Positions 1 to 8,838 of a stretch of 64,000 nucleotides of DNA are shown here, one piece after another. Where the stretch lies: the NCBI GenBank assembly GCA_039931265.1, contig JBDTSG010000094.1:17448-81447 (forward strand), written 5' to 3'. The notes beneath the pieces were generated by a model. That model saw only the letters and a list, made by a program, of their open reading frames with translations, searched no databases and was not told the DNA's origin. A program made the translations under genes and the position numbers. Within the stretch, counting starts at the first letter, position 1. The number at the start of each line of letters is the position of its first letter. The DNA comes from Flavobacteriales bacterium (GTDB taxonomy: Bacteria; Bacteroidota; Bacteroidia; Flavobacteriales_F; PHOS-HE28).

Positions 1-1720
1 GAACGCGGCCTTCGGCGCGAACGCGCTGTTCAACAACACCAGTGGCGGGTTCAATACGGCAGTAGGGATATCGGCGCTCGGAGACAACACCACCGGACCA
101 TCCAACACAGGGGTAGGTGCCAGCGCTCTGCGCTTCAATACAACGGGTGGTGGTAACACAGCCATTGGGCAGGAAGCGCTCTACACCAATTCGAGCGGTG
201 GCCAGAACACGGCCACGGGCCTGAACGCCTTGCGCCTTAATTCCACCGGTTTCGCCAACACCGCCACCGGAACAGGCGCGCTGGCTTCGAACACATTCGG
301 ATCCATGAATACCGCTGTGGGATCCAATGCGCTGTATTACAATACCGCAGCATTCTACAACACCGCCGTTGGCTTCGAGGCCCTGTTGAACACGACAACC
401 AGCGGATACAACACCGCCACAGGGCACACCGCGCTTCGGGGTAACACGACGGGCTTCAGCAACACCGCCACCGGGTACGAGGCGATGCTCAGCAATACCA
501 CTGGATCACAGAATACCGCGAACGGTGCCGGGGCATTGTACTCCAATACCACCGGGGGCAATCTCACGGCCTTTGGCTCCCACGCGCTCTATGCCAACAC
601 GATCGCGAACACCAATTCCGCGTTCGGCTACTACGCGTTGGCGAGCAACACTACGGGGCCCGGCAACACAGCGATGGGAACGAACACACTGACCGCCAAT
701 ACCACCGGTTCGAGCAACACGGCCCATGGAACGGTCGCGTTGTCCTCGAACACCACCGGATCCGAGAACACGGCCTCGGGTCGTTCAGCACTCCAGAACA
801 ACACTACCGGTTGGTCCAATACCGCAATGGGCTATTCCACTCTCCTGAACAACACCACCGGATCTGCCAATACAGTGGTCGGTGTACGCGCTGGTCTGTT
901 CACCGCAACGGGAGCCAACAACACTGTCGTAGGCTACGAGGCACTTTATTGGAACAGCACCGGCAACGACAACACCGCCACCGGATATGGCGCACTCTAT
1001 TCGAACACCACCGGACTGTCGAACAGCGTGCTGGGAGCGTTCTCCCTCAACAACAATACTTCGGGCACCGCCAATGTCGCGCTGGGTGTGGCCGCATTGA
1101 CCCTTAATACCACGGGTAGCAACAATACAGCGGTGGGCGTTTGGGCCGGTCCGAACTCCGGGGCCCTCGGTGGTACCATTGCGATAGGCTACTACGCCGC
1201 GGCCACCATCAGCAACCGTGCAGTGATCGGCACAGTGGCGAACAACAACCTCACCGGTGGATACGGGGCTTGGCAAAACCTCAGCGACGGGCGGTTCAAA
1301 CGTCGAGTGCAGGAGGATGTGCCGGGCTTGGCATTCATCACCAAACTGCGTCCGGTCACCTACACCTTGGATGCGCGCGCTGTGGATACCTTCCTCGGCA
1401 TCGCGCAGCGCATGGACACTGTTCCGGACGAAGCGGCAAAGGCGATGTACAAAGAGCGTTTGGCTGAAGTCTCGACCGAGGTGCAGACCGGCTTCATAGC
1501 GCAGGAAGTGGAGGCCGCAGCCCAGAGCATCGGGTATGACTTCGCAGGTGTTCATCATCCTATTTCGGATGCGGACCATTACACGATCGGCTACGAATCG
1601 TTCGTGATGCCGCTGGTGAAATCCGTACAAGAGTTGAACGATCGACTCGAAGAATTGCGCCGAGTGAACACCGTTCTGCTCGCTCGCATGGCGAAGTTCG
1701 AGGAGGGGATCGGCCAATAG
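1..1720 (+). CDS. 5'-truncated trimeric fibre/adhesin-like protein with 14-aa NTAxGxxALxxNTTG repeats and a C-terminal peptidase S74 intramolecular chaperone domain
   Basis: The frame is open from position 2 (NAAFGANALFNNTSGG...), so the start lies upstream of the window. More than 25 tandem 14-aa repeats. S74-type motif SDGRFKRRVQEDVPGLAFITKLRPVTY...GFIAQEVE, then a coiled-coil tail. Confidence 0.88.
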   Translation, partial: NAAFGANALFNNTSGGFNTAVGISALGDNTTGPSNTGVGASALRFNTTGGGNTAIGQEALYTNSSGGQNTATGLNALRLNSTGFANTATGTGALASNTFGSMNTAVGSNALYYNTAAFYNTAVGFEALLNTTTSGYNTATGHTALRGNTTGFSNTATGYEAMLSNTTGSQNTANGAGALYSNTTGGNLTAFGSHALYANTIANTNSAFGYYALASNTTGPGNTAMGTNTLTANTTGSSNTAHGTVALSSNTTGSENTASGRSALQNNTTGWSNTAMGYSTLLNNTTGSANTVVGVRAGLFTATGANNTVVGYEALYWNSTGNDNTATGYGALYSNTTGLSNSVLGAFSLNNNTSGTANVALGVAALTLNTTGSNNTAVGVWAGPNSGALGGTIAIGYYAAATISNRAVIGTVANNNLTGGYGAWQNLSDGRFKRRVQEDVPGLAFITKLRPVTYTLDARAVDTFLGIAQRMDTVPDEAAKAMYKERLAEVSTEVQTGFIAQEVEAAAQSIGYDFAGVHHPISDADHYTIGYESFVMPLVKSVQELNDRLEELRRVNTVLLARMAKFEEGIGQ

Positions 1721-1779
1721 GTCAAGTCGGATCGGAGTCCGCCTGCGGAAAAGTGCATGCGAAGCGCAAGGGCACGCAC

Positions 1780-1939
1780 CCCCATCTTCGCCGCCCCGAT
1801 GGAAGCCCTCCACCTCTCCCACCGCCTGCGCCGCTTGTGCCGCGCGGTGGACATACTACAGGCCGACCTGCGGCAGCGCTCTGTGAACGAGCACTGCCGG
1901 ACGGGAACGAGAAGCGGATGGAGCATGGCCAACCCTTAG
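1780..1939 (+). pseudogene. Degenerate, frameshifted 5' copy of the 6315..6602 gene, including its upstream sequence
   Basis: 1780-1929 aligns with 6296-6446 and both begin ccccatcttcgccgccccgATG. MEALHLSHRLRRLCRAVDILQADLRQRSVNE matches MDALDLSRRLRRLRRAVDMLQADLRQRYVNE. After a 1-nt deletion, LPDGNEKRMEHG matches LLGEIEKQMEHG. Confidence 0.85.
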
Positions 1940-1944
1940 TTTTG
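1937..1944 (+). promoter_or_regulatory. Bacteroidota housekeeping -7 box (TAnnTTTG)
   Basis: TAGTTTTG upstream of the TPR-LuxR gene. Confidence 0.5.
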
Positions 1945-2036
1945 GATGCTCCCCTTTGCCGCAACAGTTGATGTGCGTGACGATCAGATGTGCTGCTGCG
2001 GTGCGTTGCCGTGCAACCGTTCTCGTTCGGTACGCC

Positions 2037-3698
2037 ATGGTCTGCACCACCTTGCTTTTGGCGGCTGCGGAAGCACACCCACAAGCAACAGCGCCCAGGG
2101 TTGACGGAGTTACAGGCTCGTGCCAGGAACATGTGGCACGCGCGAAGGAGCTGCTGCCGCTTGATGCGGATTCGGCACTCGTGCATGCCTTGGCAGCCGA
2201 AAAGCAGCTGGGCGAGTTGCGCACCAGCGATGAAAAGTCACGCGCGCTGATCGTCCTCGGCGATGCGCACCTCGCCGTGCGGGACCTGCCTGCGGCCATG
2301 AGCGCCTTCCAACGGGCGCAACGGCTGGTGGACGAAGCCGTGCGGCAGGAAGGCACCCTTCCGTCACTGGTGCTGTCCCGGTCGGACATCCAGGCGAAGA
2401 CCGGCCTCCTGTATTTCTACCTGCGCGATCCGGACAAGAGCATCGACTGCTACAACGAAGCCCTCCGCGGTCTGGAACAGCTGCACGACCTGGATACGAA
2501 CGAGCTGGCCCTGCGCAAGGTGCGTCTGTTCAACAACATCGCCGGGGTTTATGTGCAGCGTTCGGACCATGCCACTGCACTGCCGTATTTCCAACAGGCC
2601 GTGGAGATGAACCGGCCGCTGAACGACACGCGCAACGAGAGTTCGTTGAACAACAACATCGGCATCTGCCTGATGGAAATGGGCGAGCATGAGCGGGCCA
2701 ATGAGTATTTCCTGAAGTCGCTGGCGGTGCGCAAGGCAGCCGGCGATGCGCGCGGGCAGGCGCAGGTGCTGAACAACCTGGGCAAGAACCAAGTGTTCTT
2801 CGGCCACTTCGGTGCGGCGCGCGACAACTTCGAACAGGCACTCGCGATCGGCCGGGAGATCGGCAGTCGTGAGTCGATGGTGATCTCGTTGGAATCGCTT
2901 TCCTCCGTGTGCGATACGCTGCACGACTACAAAGCCGCCCTGGCGGCCCACCGCGCGTTCAAGACCCTCAACGATAGTTTGTACAACGCCGACACCCGGC
3001 TGACCATTGCGCGGCTGGAAGAGGAATTCCGCCGGGACAACGAGCGTGAGGCGTTCGCGTTGGATGCCGAACGCAAGGATGCGGAGAGCGCGCGCAGGAA
3101 GGTCTGGAACATCGCGCTCGGCGGTGCGCTGTTCTTCCTCCTTCTCACCGCCTTCCTCGTGGTGAAGATCCTGCGCGCCCGCGTGCGCACCGGCGTGCTC
3201 GAAAAGGAGAAGCTCCTACTGGAGAGCGGGAAGCTGGAAGCCGAGCAGACCATCCTCAGGGACAGCCTGGAGTTCAAGGACCGCGAGCTAACGGCCAACG
3301 CCTTGTTCCTGTTGAAGAAGAACGAGCTCATCGGCCACATCGCCGAGCGCCTTCTGAAGGCGAAGCCCACCTTCCGGCAGGAGAACCAACAGGTGATACA
3401 GGAGATCGTTCGCGATCTGCACTCCAACCACGACGAGCACAATTGGAAGGAGTTCGAGGCGCACTTCACACGGGTACATTCCACCTTCTACGAGAGCCTT
3501 CAGGAGCGCTTCCCCGCGCTCACTCCGAACGAGCGGAAGCTCTGCGCCTTCCTACGTCTCAACATGTCCACGAAGGACATTTCCGCCATCACCCAGCAGA
3601 CGCTCAACAGCATCACCGTGGCGCGCTCGCGGCTGCGAAAGAAACTCGATATCGAGGGTGAGGAGGTGAATCTCGTCGACTTCCTGCAGTCGATCTGA
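2037..3698 (+). CDS. Membrane-anchored TPR-repeat sensor with C-terminal LuxR-type HTH
   Basis: Signal-like N-terminus, several TPRs (NNIAGVY, NNIGICL, NNLGKNQ), a TM segment (WNIALGGALFFLLLTAFLVV), then LTPNERKLCAFLRLNMSTKDISAITQQTLNSITVARSRLRKKL. Start is uncertain (1956-2037). Confidence 0.88.
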   Translation: MVCTTLLLAAAEAHPQATAPRVDGVTGSCQEHVARAKELLPLDADSALVHALAAEKQLGELRTSDEKSRALIVLGDAHLAVRDLPAAMSAFQRAQRLVDEAVRQEGTLPSLVLSRSDIQAKTGLLYFYLRDPDKSIDCYNEALRGLEQLHDLDTNELALRKVRLFNNIAGVYVQRSDHATALPYFQQAVEMNRPLNDTRNESSLNNNIGICLMEMGEHERANEYFLKSLAVRKAAGDARGQAQVLNNLGKNQVFFGHFGAARDNFEQALAIGREIGSRESMVISLESLSSVCDTLHDYKAALAAHRAFKTLNDSLYNADTRLTIARLEEEFRRDNEREAFALDAERKDAESARRKVWNIALGGALFFLLLTAFLVVKILRARVRTGVLEKEKLLLESGKLEAEQTILRDSLEFKDRELTANALFLLKKNELIGHIAERLLKAKPTFRQENQQVIQEIVRDLHSNHDEHNWKEFEAHFTRVHSTFYESLQERFPALTPNERKLCAFLRLNMSTKDISAITQQTLNSITVARSRLRKKLDIEGEEVNLVDFLQSI

Positions 3699-3849
3699 GG
3701 CTTTCCGGGGTCCTTGTTCAAATCGCGGCGCGTCAGGCGGTTAGCCCTTTTTGTAATGCGGATGTAAGGTGGTGCCGTCGCTTCTGTGCAGTGGATGTTG
3801 GGCCTGTACCGGCACCCTGGTTCCGTGGCGCGGGCACTTTTGCGCCGTC

Positions 3850-4035
3850 ATGCAAAACACCACGACCGGTCCCGAACAAGAACCTCTTCCGCCATCGGAC
3901 GATCTCGATCGTCTGGAGCAGACTTTTCGGCACTTGAAGGAGAAACAGGAGGCTTGGCGCAAGCTGCTTGAGAGCATTGAAGGAATGAAGAAAGGATCAC
4001 CCGAAAAACCCGAAACCGAACAACCATCGACATGA
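3850..4035 (+). CDS. Small hypothetical coiled-coil protein (61 aa)
   Basis: ATG at 3850. Its stop overlaps the next start (ATGA 4032-4035), which suggests translational coupling. Confidence 0.5.
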   Translation: MQNTTTGPEQEPLPPSDDLDRLEQTFRHLKEKQEAWRKLLESIEGMKKGSPEKPETEQPST

Positions 4036-5618
4036 AAACACAACTCTCTTTCATCGGCGGACTCTGTCTGCTGCTCTGTGCAACCGCCCAGGCGCAATCC
4101 GGCGCGCTCGATCCTTCGTTCAACAGCAACGGCTTCGTCGTGCAACCCATCGGGCGCGATGTGGTGCAGAAGATCCTGGTGCAGGACGACCAGAAGATCC
4201 TCTCCATCGGCATGAGCTGGGATGGCACATTCACCGCGCATGCCCACGTGTTCCGGTACAATCCCGATGGCTCGCCCGATACGGACTTCGGCACCAACGG
4301 CATGTTCACCCACACATTGGACAACGAGGCCCTGCTCTATTCAGCCCTGATCACCGATGCGGGCAAGATCCTCCTGGTGGGCAGCACCACCGATTACCAG
4401 ACCTACCGCTTGATGCTGATCCAGATCAATGCGGATGGAACGCTGGACTCCTCCTTCGGCACCAACGGCGTTGCGCTCCAAAGCGTGAGCATGGTAGGAC
4501 CGAACGCAGAGGACATGGCCTACGACGTGACGCTCGATGACGCGGGCAATATTCTCGTCTGCGGATCTTCCTACGATGCGAACTATGTCCGGCGTCCTGT
4601 GGTCGTGCGCTTCACATCGGATGGTGTGCTCGACAGCACCTTCGGTGTCGATGGCGTGGCCACCATACCGGTGATGGCCGTGGGCGCCTCTTCGTTCCAA
4701 GGGCTGCTGGTGCAGCCCGATGGGAAGATCCTTGCAACGGGCTATTTCGGCCAGACCGAATTCTGGTACCTGCTGCTCCTGGTGCGCTTCAACAGCGACG
4801 GAAGTCTGGACAGCACCTTCAGCACAGATGGCATCATCAAGCACAACCATGGTAACGTGGACGACGAGGGTGAAGATCTCAAGCTGAATGCGGACGGTTC
4901 CATCCTGGTGGCCGGTATGACGGTGACGGCCACCTACAACTACAGCGCGCTGCTTATGAAATTCACACCCGACGGCGAGGTGGATCTCACCTTCGGGAAC
5001 GTCGGTGCGGTGGAAGAGGACCTGGACGAGTTCGACTACGCCGCGCACTTGGAAGTGCAGTCCGATGGCAGGATCATCATGGCAGGATCATCGGGCGTTG
5101 GGCCGCCCAGCAGTTTCGACATGGCCGTGTGGAAGTACATGCCCGATGGAACGCCGGACAACAGCTTCGGCTCCAACGGCCTCGCTTACCATGTGATCCC
5201 GGACTACAGCACCATGATCTACGCCCTGGCCATGCAAGCCGATGGCAAGATCCTGATCGGCGGACAGGCCGCTACGCCGAACAACGACCGCTACTTCTTC
5301 ACCGCGCGATTGGAGAACGATGTGATCAGTGGGATCGCCAGCGTGCCGTCACCGACCGAGGCCTTGGCCTTCCCGAACCCCGCAACGGCGGGCTCCTTGG
5401 TTACACTGCGCATGGCAGAGCCGATCGGTAGCGATGCCCGCATCGAGTTGTATACGGCTGACGGTCGCGACGCAGGCAGCTACAGCGCACACGAGTTCGA
5501 TCGCGCTGCCGGAGGTGTGAGCCTCCAACTACCGGACGGACTCAACTCCGGCGTCTACCAAGTGGTGCTGTCACAAACGGGTACGCGCAGTACATCGACC
5601 ATGCTCGTGATCGAGTAA
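4032..5618 (+). CDS. Delta-60 repeat (DUF5122-type) beta-propeller protein with T9SS type A C-terminal domain
   Basis: Signal peptide; repeated 'QxDGKIL...RxNxDGxLDxTFGxxG' units; CTD with FPNP...YTADGR...GVYQV. Confidence 0.9.
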   Translation: MKTQLSFIGGLCLLLCATAQAQSGALDPSFNSNGFVVQPIGRDVVQKILVQDDQKILSIGMSWDGTFTAHAHVFRYNPDGSPDTDFGTNGMFTHTLDNEALLYSALITDAGKILLVGSTTDYQTYRLMLIQINADGTLDSSFGTNGVALQSVSMVGPNAEDMAYDVTLDDAGNILVCGSSYDANYVRRPVVVRFTSDGVLDSTFGVDGVATIPVMAVGASSFQGLLVQPDGKILATGYFGQTEFWYLLLLVRFNSDGSLDSTFSTDGIIKHNHGNVDDEGEDLKLNADGSILVAGMTVTATYNYSALLMKFTPDGEVDLTFGNVGAVEEDLDEFDYAAHLEVQSDGRIIMAGSSGVGPPSSFDMAVWKYMPDGTPDNSFGSNGLAYHVIPDYSTMIYALAMQADGKILIGGQAATPNNDRYFFTARLENDVISGIASVPSPTEALAFPNPATAGSLVTLRMAEPIGSDARIELYTADGRDAGSYSAHEFDRAAGGVSLQLPDGLNSGVYQVVLSQTGTRSTSTMLVIE

Positions 5619-5663
5619 AAAGAGGAAGGAGCACACGAAGCCACCACCGGCTACCTTGGCATC

Positions 5664-6284
5664 ATGCGTTCCATGATCCTGTTGTTGGTGGTGGCTGCTT
5701 GCTTCCCTGCTTGCTCCCCCACCGGTCCCTCCACAGCCCCATCTGCGGTTGTCACGCGCGAACAGTTCCAGGAGATCCGTTGGATCGTGGGCAGATGGCG
5801 AGGGGCTGAGGCCGGCGGACCGCCCTTTTTCGAGAGCTACCGTTTGGTCGATGACTCCACGCTTCAAAACTTCGCTTGGAGCGATAGCACCTTTTCGAAC
5901 CCCATCTTTTCAAGTGTCATCAGCCTTCGCAATGATCTGGTCACCTCATCATTGCTTAACAGAGGGGATAGCGTTTCAGTCCGATTCTACTTTGAGAAAT
6001 TCAACGCGGTCGATGACAGCACGCTTCGTGACACCAATTGGCTCGATAGCATCAGCAGGGACCCCTACACCATATGGGTCATCACTAACACGGATACGAG
6101 CAGTTCATCAATAGCTACCAAATGGGATGGCGCATCGGTACACTTCGAGCCGAACGGGAAAGCAGGGAACACCTTCACCTGGCGAAAAGAAAGCGCCGAC
6201 CGGTGGAGCGCCCAGCTCTTCTGGAACGACAAGAGCGGTGCTCCGCAGACGCGCACGTACGCCATGACGCGCGTTGCGCAGTAA
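5664..6284 (+). CDS. Putative lipoprotein (DUF6265-like) with an internal duplication
   Basis: Lipobox-like signal (…PAC), WIVGRWRG and VHFEP motifs; the VDDSTL..W.DS segment occurs twice. Confidence 0.65.
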   Translation: MRSMILLLVVAACFPACSPTGPSTAPSAVVTREQFQEIRWIVGRWRGAEAGGPPFFESYRLVDDSTLQNFAWSDSTFSNPIFSSVISLRNDLVTSSLLNRGDSVSVRFYFEKFNAVDDSTLRDTNWLDSISRDPYTIWVITNTDTSSSSIATKWDGASVHFEPNGKAGNTFTWRKESADRWSAQLFWNDKSGAPQTRTYAMTRVAQ

Positions 6285-6314
6285 AGTGGGGCGGTCCCCA
6301 TCTTCGCCGCCCCG

Positions 6315-6602
6315 ATGGATGCCCTGGACCTCTCCCGCCGCCTGCGCCGTTTGCGCCGCGCGGTGGACATGCTGCAAGCCGACCTGCGGCAGCGCTATGT
6401 GAACGAGCAATTGCTGGGCGAGATCGAGAAGCAGATGGAGCATGGCATCGCCACCGATGCGCGCTGCACCGGCCTGCGCACGCACGTGGACACCTTGCGC
6501 GAAAACACGCTGACGCCACGACCGGAACTATTGGTGGATACCGCTCGCGCCTGCGAGCAGCTGAAGTTCGCGATCGATGGGGTGGTGAACGTGTTGCACT
6601 GA
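6315..6602 (+). CDS. Hypothetical helical protein (95 aa)
   Basis: Clean ORF with GC-rich codon usage; a decayed paralogous fragment lies at 1780-1939. Confidence 0.75.
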   Translation: MDALDLSRRLRRLRRAVDMLQADLRQRYVNEQLLGEIEKQMEHGIATDARCTGLRTHVDTLRENTLTPRPELLVDTARACEQLKFAIDGVVNVLH

Positions 6603-6679
6603 GCGCGTGCGCTTGCGCCACTTGCCTCCTTCACCCCCATCTCCCTCTTCGCCATTCACGATCCGCCGCTCGCTGGTCC

Positions 6680-8290
6680 TCAGTCCTTCACGAACTTCAA
6701 CCGTTGCACGGGTGATCCATCGTTGGGCTTGAGCGTAAGCACATAGCTACCGGGGGCCAACGTGGAGACGTCGATGCCGCGTTCATCGGTTGTGCCACTG
6801 GCCAGCGCCAGCCTGCCCTTTTCGTCCAGCACAGCATAGGTGCACGGCGCGCGCAAGCCTTGCAAATGCAGTCGATCGCCCGCCGGGACCGGGTACAGCG
6901 CGCAGCCCGGCCGCTCGGGGCCCTCGATACCGGTGAAGGCATCGGCCAGCTTTGCCACGAACACATCGCGCACGGCCGGTTGACCGGCAAGGCCGGGCCC
7001 GGGATCGAACTGCATGGATGTTTGGAAGCCACCGGTAATGAACACATCGCCCCCCCGCAAAGCGATGCCACCGACGGTCTCCGAAAGTGGTCCGCCGCAA
7101 CCCTTGGCCCACAGCACATCGCCACTTGGCGAGAGCTTGGCCACATACGCGTCCGCGCCTCCGTTGGTCTGGAGCGCAACGTTGCCCAAGGTGAGCGAGC
7201 TGCCGAAGGTGCCGTTGACGTAACTGTTGCCCTCCGCGTCCGACCGGATGCCCACGGCCCGATCGCTGCCCGGCCCTTCGCCGCGCGTGGCCCACTGAAA
7301 GGTGCCGTCCGCACTATCGCATTTCGCAACGAACACATCGTAGCTCATGTCGCTCGGCCCGGGAAGCGTAAGCCCGCCCATGGCGATGGTGCCACGGTAT
7401 GTACCCGTTACGTAAGCGTTCCCCTGCGCATCCATGTCAACGCTTTGGCCGAAAGCATAGCCGCCCTCGCCTGCTTTTTGCGCCCAGATGGGCACCCCAT
7501 CGCTGTTGAGCTTGGCAACATAGATGGTGGCTTCTGGGGATCCGGCATCCAGGGTGAACGCGCCGAGGGTGATCGAGTTGAAGAACTCACCGGTGATGCA
7601 CAACTCCGCCGCATCGCCGGCGCAGATGCCATCGCCGAGGTGCGCAACGCCGTAGTCCTGGGAAAGCGTGGTCCAGAAAAGCGTTCCGTTGTAGGCGAAC
7701 TTCGATACGAAGACCTTCGAGCTTGAAAGGTTGAAGGGTGTCAGGTGCAGGTCGCCGGTCACGTAGATGTTGTAGTACCCATCGTGGGTGATGCTGGCGC
7801 CATAGTCGTAACCGGTATCGCCGATGGAGTGGGCCCAAACCGGTGTTCCGTCCTGCTCGTATTTGGCAACGAACACATCGAAGGAACCGGCGGAGGTGAG
7901 GATCGTTCCGTTCGTGCCGGGAATGAAGGCGACCGTGCCTTGGAACATGCCGACGATGGCGATGGCGCCCCCGTAATCGATGGTGATGCCGTGCACGGCG
8001 ATGCCCGGCCCGTTGGCCACGATGTGTGCCCACTGGAGCGTTCCGTCCGGAGCGAACTTGGCCATGAAGATGCCGTCCTCGTTGGGCGTGGAAAGCAGCT
8101 GGCCCCCGAAACCGATGGTGCTGTTGTAGGTGCCCACGACCACGCTATTGCCCTGCGCGTCCACGGCTATGGCCTGCCCTGCGGCATCGGCCGCACCGGC
8201 CCCGGGTTCGGCCCATTGCCATGTTTGGGCATGGAGCATGGATGCGGAGAGAAGTAGGGACAGGAAAAGGGGGCGTGGAGAATGGCGCAT
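6680..8290 (-). CDS. SBBP-type beta-propeller repeat protein with T9SS CTD
   Basis: Signal MRHSPRPLFLSLLLSASMLHAQ; repeats 'DAQGNxYVTG...DVFVAK...G..WA'; CTD LYPVPA...PGSYVL...KFVKD. Confidence 0.88.
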   Translation of the reverse strand: MRHSPRPLFLSLLLSASMLHAQTWQWAEPGAGAADAAGQAIAVDAQGNSVVVGTYNSTIGFGGQLLSTPNEDGIFMAKFAPDGTLQWAHIVANGPGIAVHGITIDYGGAIAIVGMFQGTVAFIPGTNGTILTSAGSFDVFVAKYEQDGTPVWAHSIGDTGYDYGASITHDGYYNIYVTGDLHLTPFNLSSSKVFVSKFAYNGTLFWTTLSQDYGVAHLGDGICAGDAAELCITGEFFNSITLGAFTLDAGSPEATIYVAKLNSDGVPIWAQKAGEGGYAFGQSVDMDAQGNAYVTGTYRGTIAMGGLTLPGPSDMSYDVFVAKCDSADGTFQWATRGEGPGSDRAVGIRSDAEGNSYVNGTFGSSLTLGNVALQTNGGADAYVAKLSPSGDVLWAKGCGGPLSETVGGIALRGGDVFITGGFQTSMQFDPGPGLAGQPAVRDVFVAKLADAFTGIEGPERPGCALYPVPAGDRLHLQGLRAPCTYAVLDEKGRLALASGTTDERGIDVSTLAPGSYVLTLKPNDGSPVQRLKFVKD

Positions 8291-8539
8291 GGTGATGGGG
8301 AGTTGGCCCTGTGGACGGATGGACGGGAAAACAGGCCCTGCACGCTGCACGGGCGCGGCCCAACCGTTGAAAGTGCCTTGAACGGTGCCATCCCTGCGAC
8401 CGGCAGTACCCTGACAAAAGGCACGCCGGGGGCTGGCAAGTCGCGCCGCCAGCGCCCACTTAACAAGCAATATGAGGTGCGGAGCAGCAGAATGGCCGCG
8501 AAAGAGCTTCCTTCGCGCACCCGGCCGTGCCGGGACACA

Positions 8540-8761
8540 ATGAGTGCAGCAGAAAAGCCCAGGAGCATCCTTTCGTCGGGATTCATCAAGATGAAGGTGA
8601 AGGCGATCACGAACCGCGCGGAGAAGAAGAAGGCCTGCGAGGCCTATTTGGCGCAGATGGCCGGCCAGCGTTTGGAGCAGAAACGCAGCCGGAGCAAGGT
8701 GGACGATACCGACGATACCATCCGCTTTTTGGAGATGGAGATCGCCCGCCTGAGCGATTGA
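8540..8761 (+). CDS. Small basic hypothetical protein
   Basis: ORF MSAAEKPRSILSSGF...IARLSD with plausible codon usage; start is uncertain. Confidence 0.55.
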   Translation: MSAAEKPRSILSSGFIKMKVKAITNRAEKKKACEAYLAQMAGQRLEQKRSRSKVDDTDDTIRFLEMEIARLSD

Positions 8762-8838
8762 GCGATCCGCTCAGCCGCAGCCTCTTTCCGCTCCGATAGG
8801 TTCGGTCCGTACCTGCGCGCTAGGCACAATGTGCTTTG

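Noticed and set aside
1-1200. 42-nt periodic repeats that could resemble a CRISPR or tandem DNA array
   Set aside because: They are in-frame 14-aa protein repeats with synonymous variation; there is no repeat-spacer structure and no cas gene.
1-1720. Prophage tail fibre
   Set aside because: S74-chaperone fibre proteins are common chromosomal genes in Bacteroidota, and no other phage structural genes are in the window.
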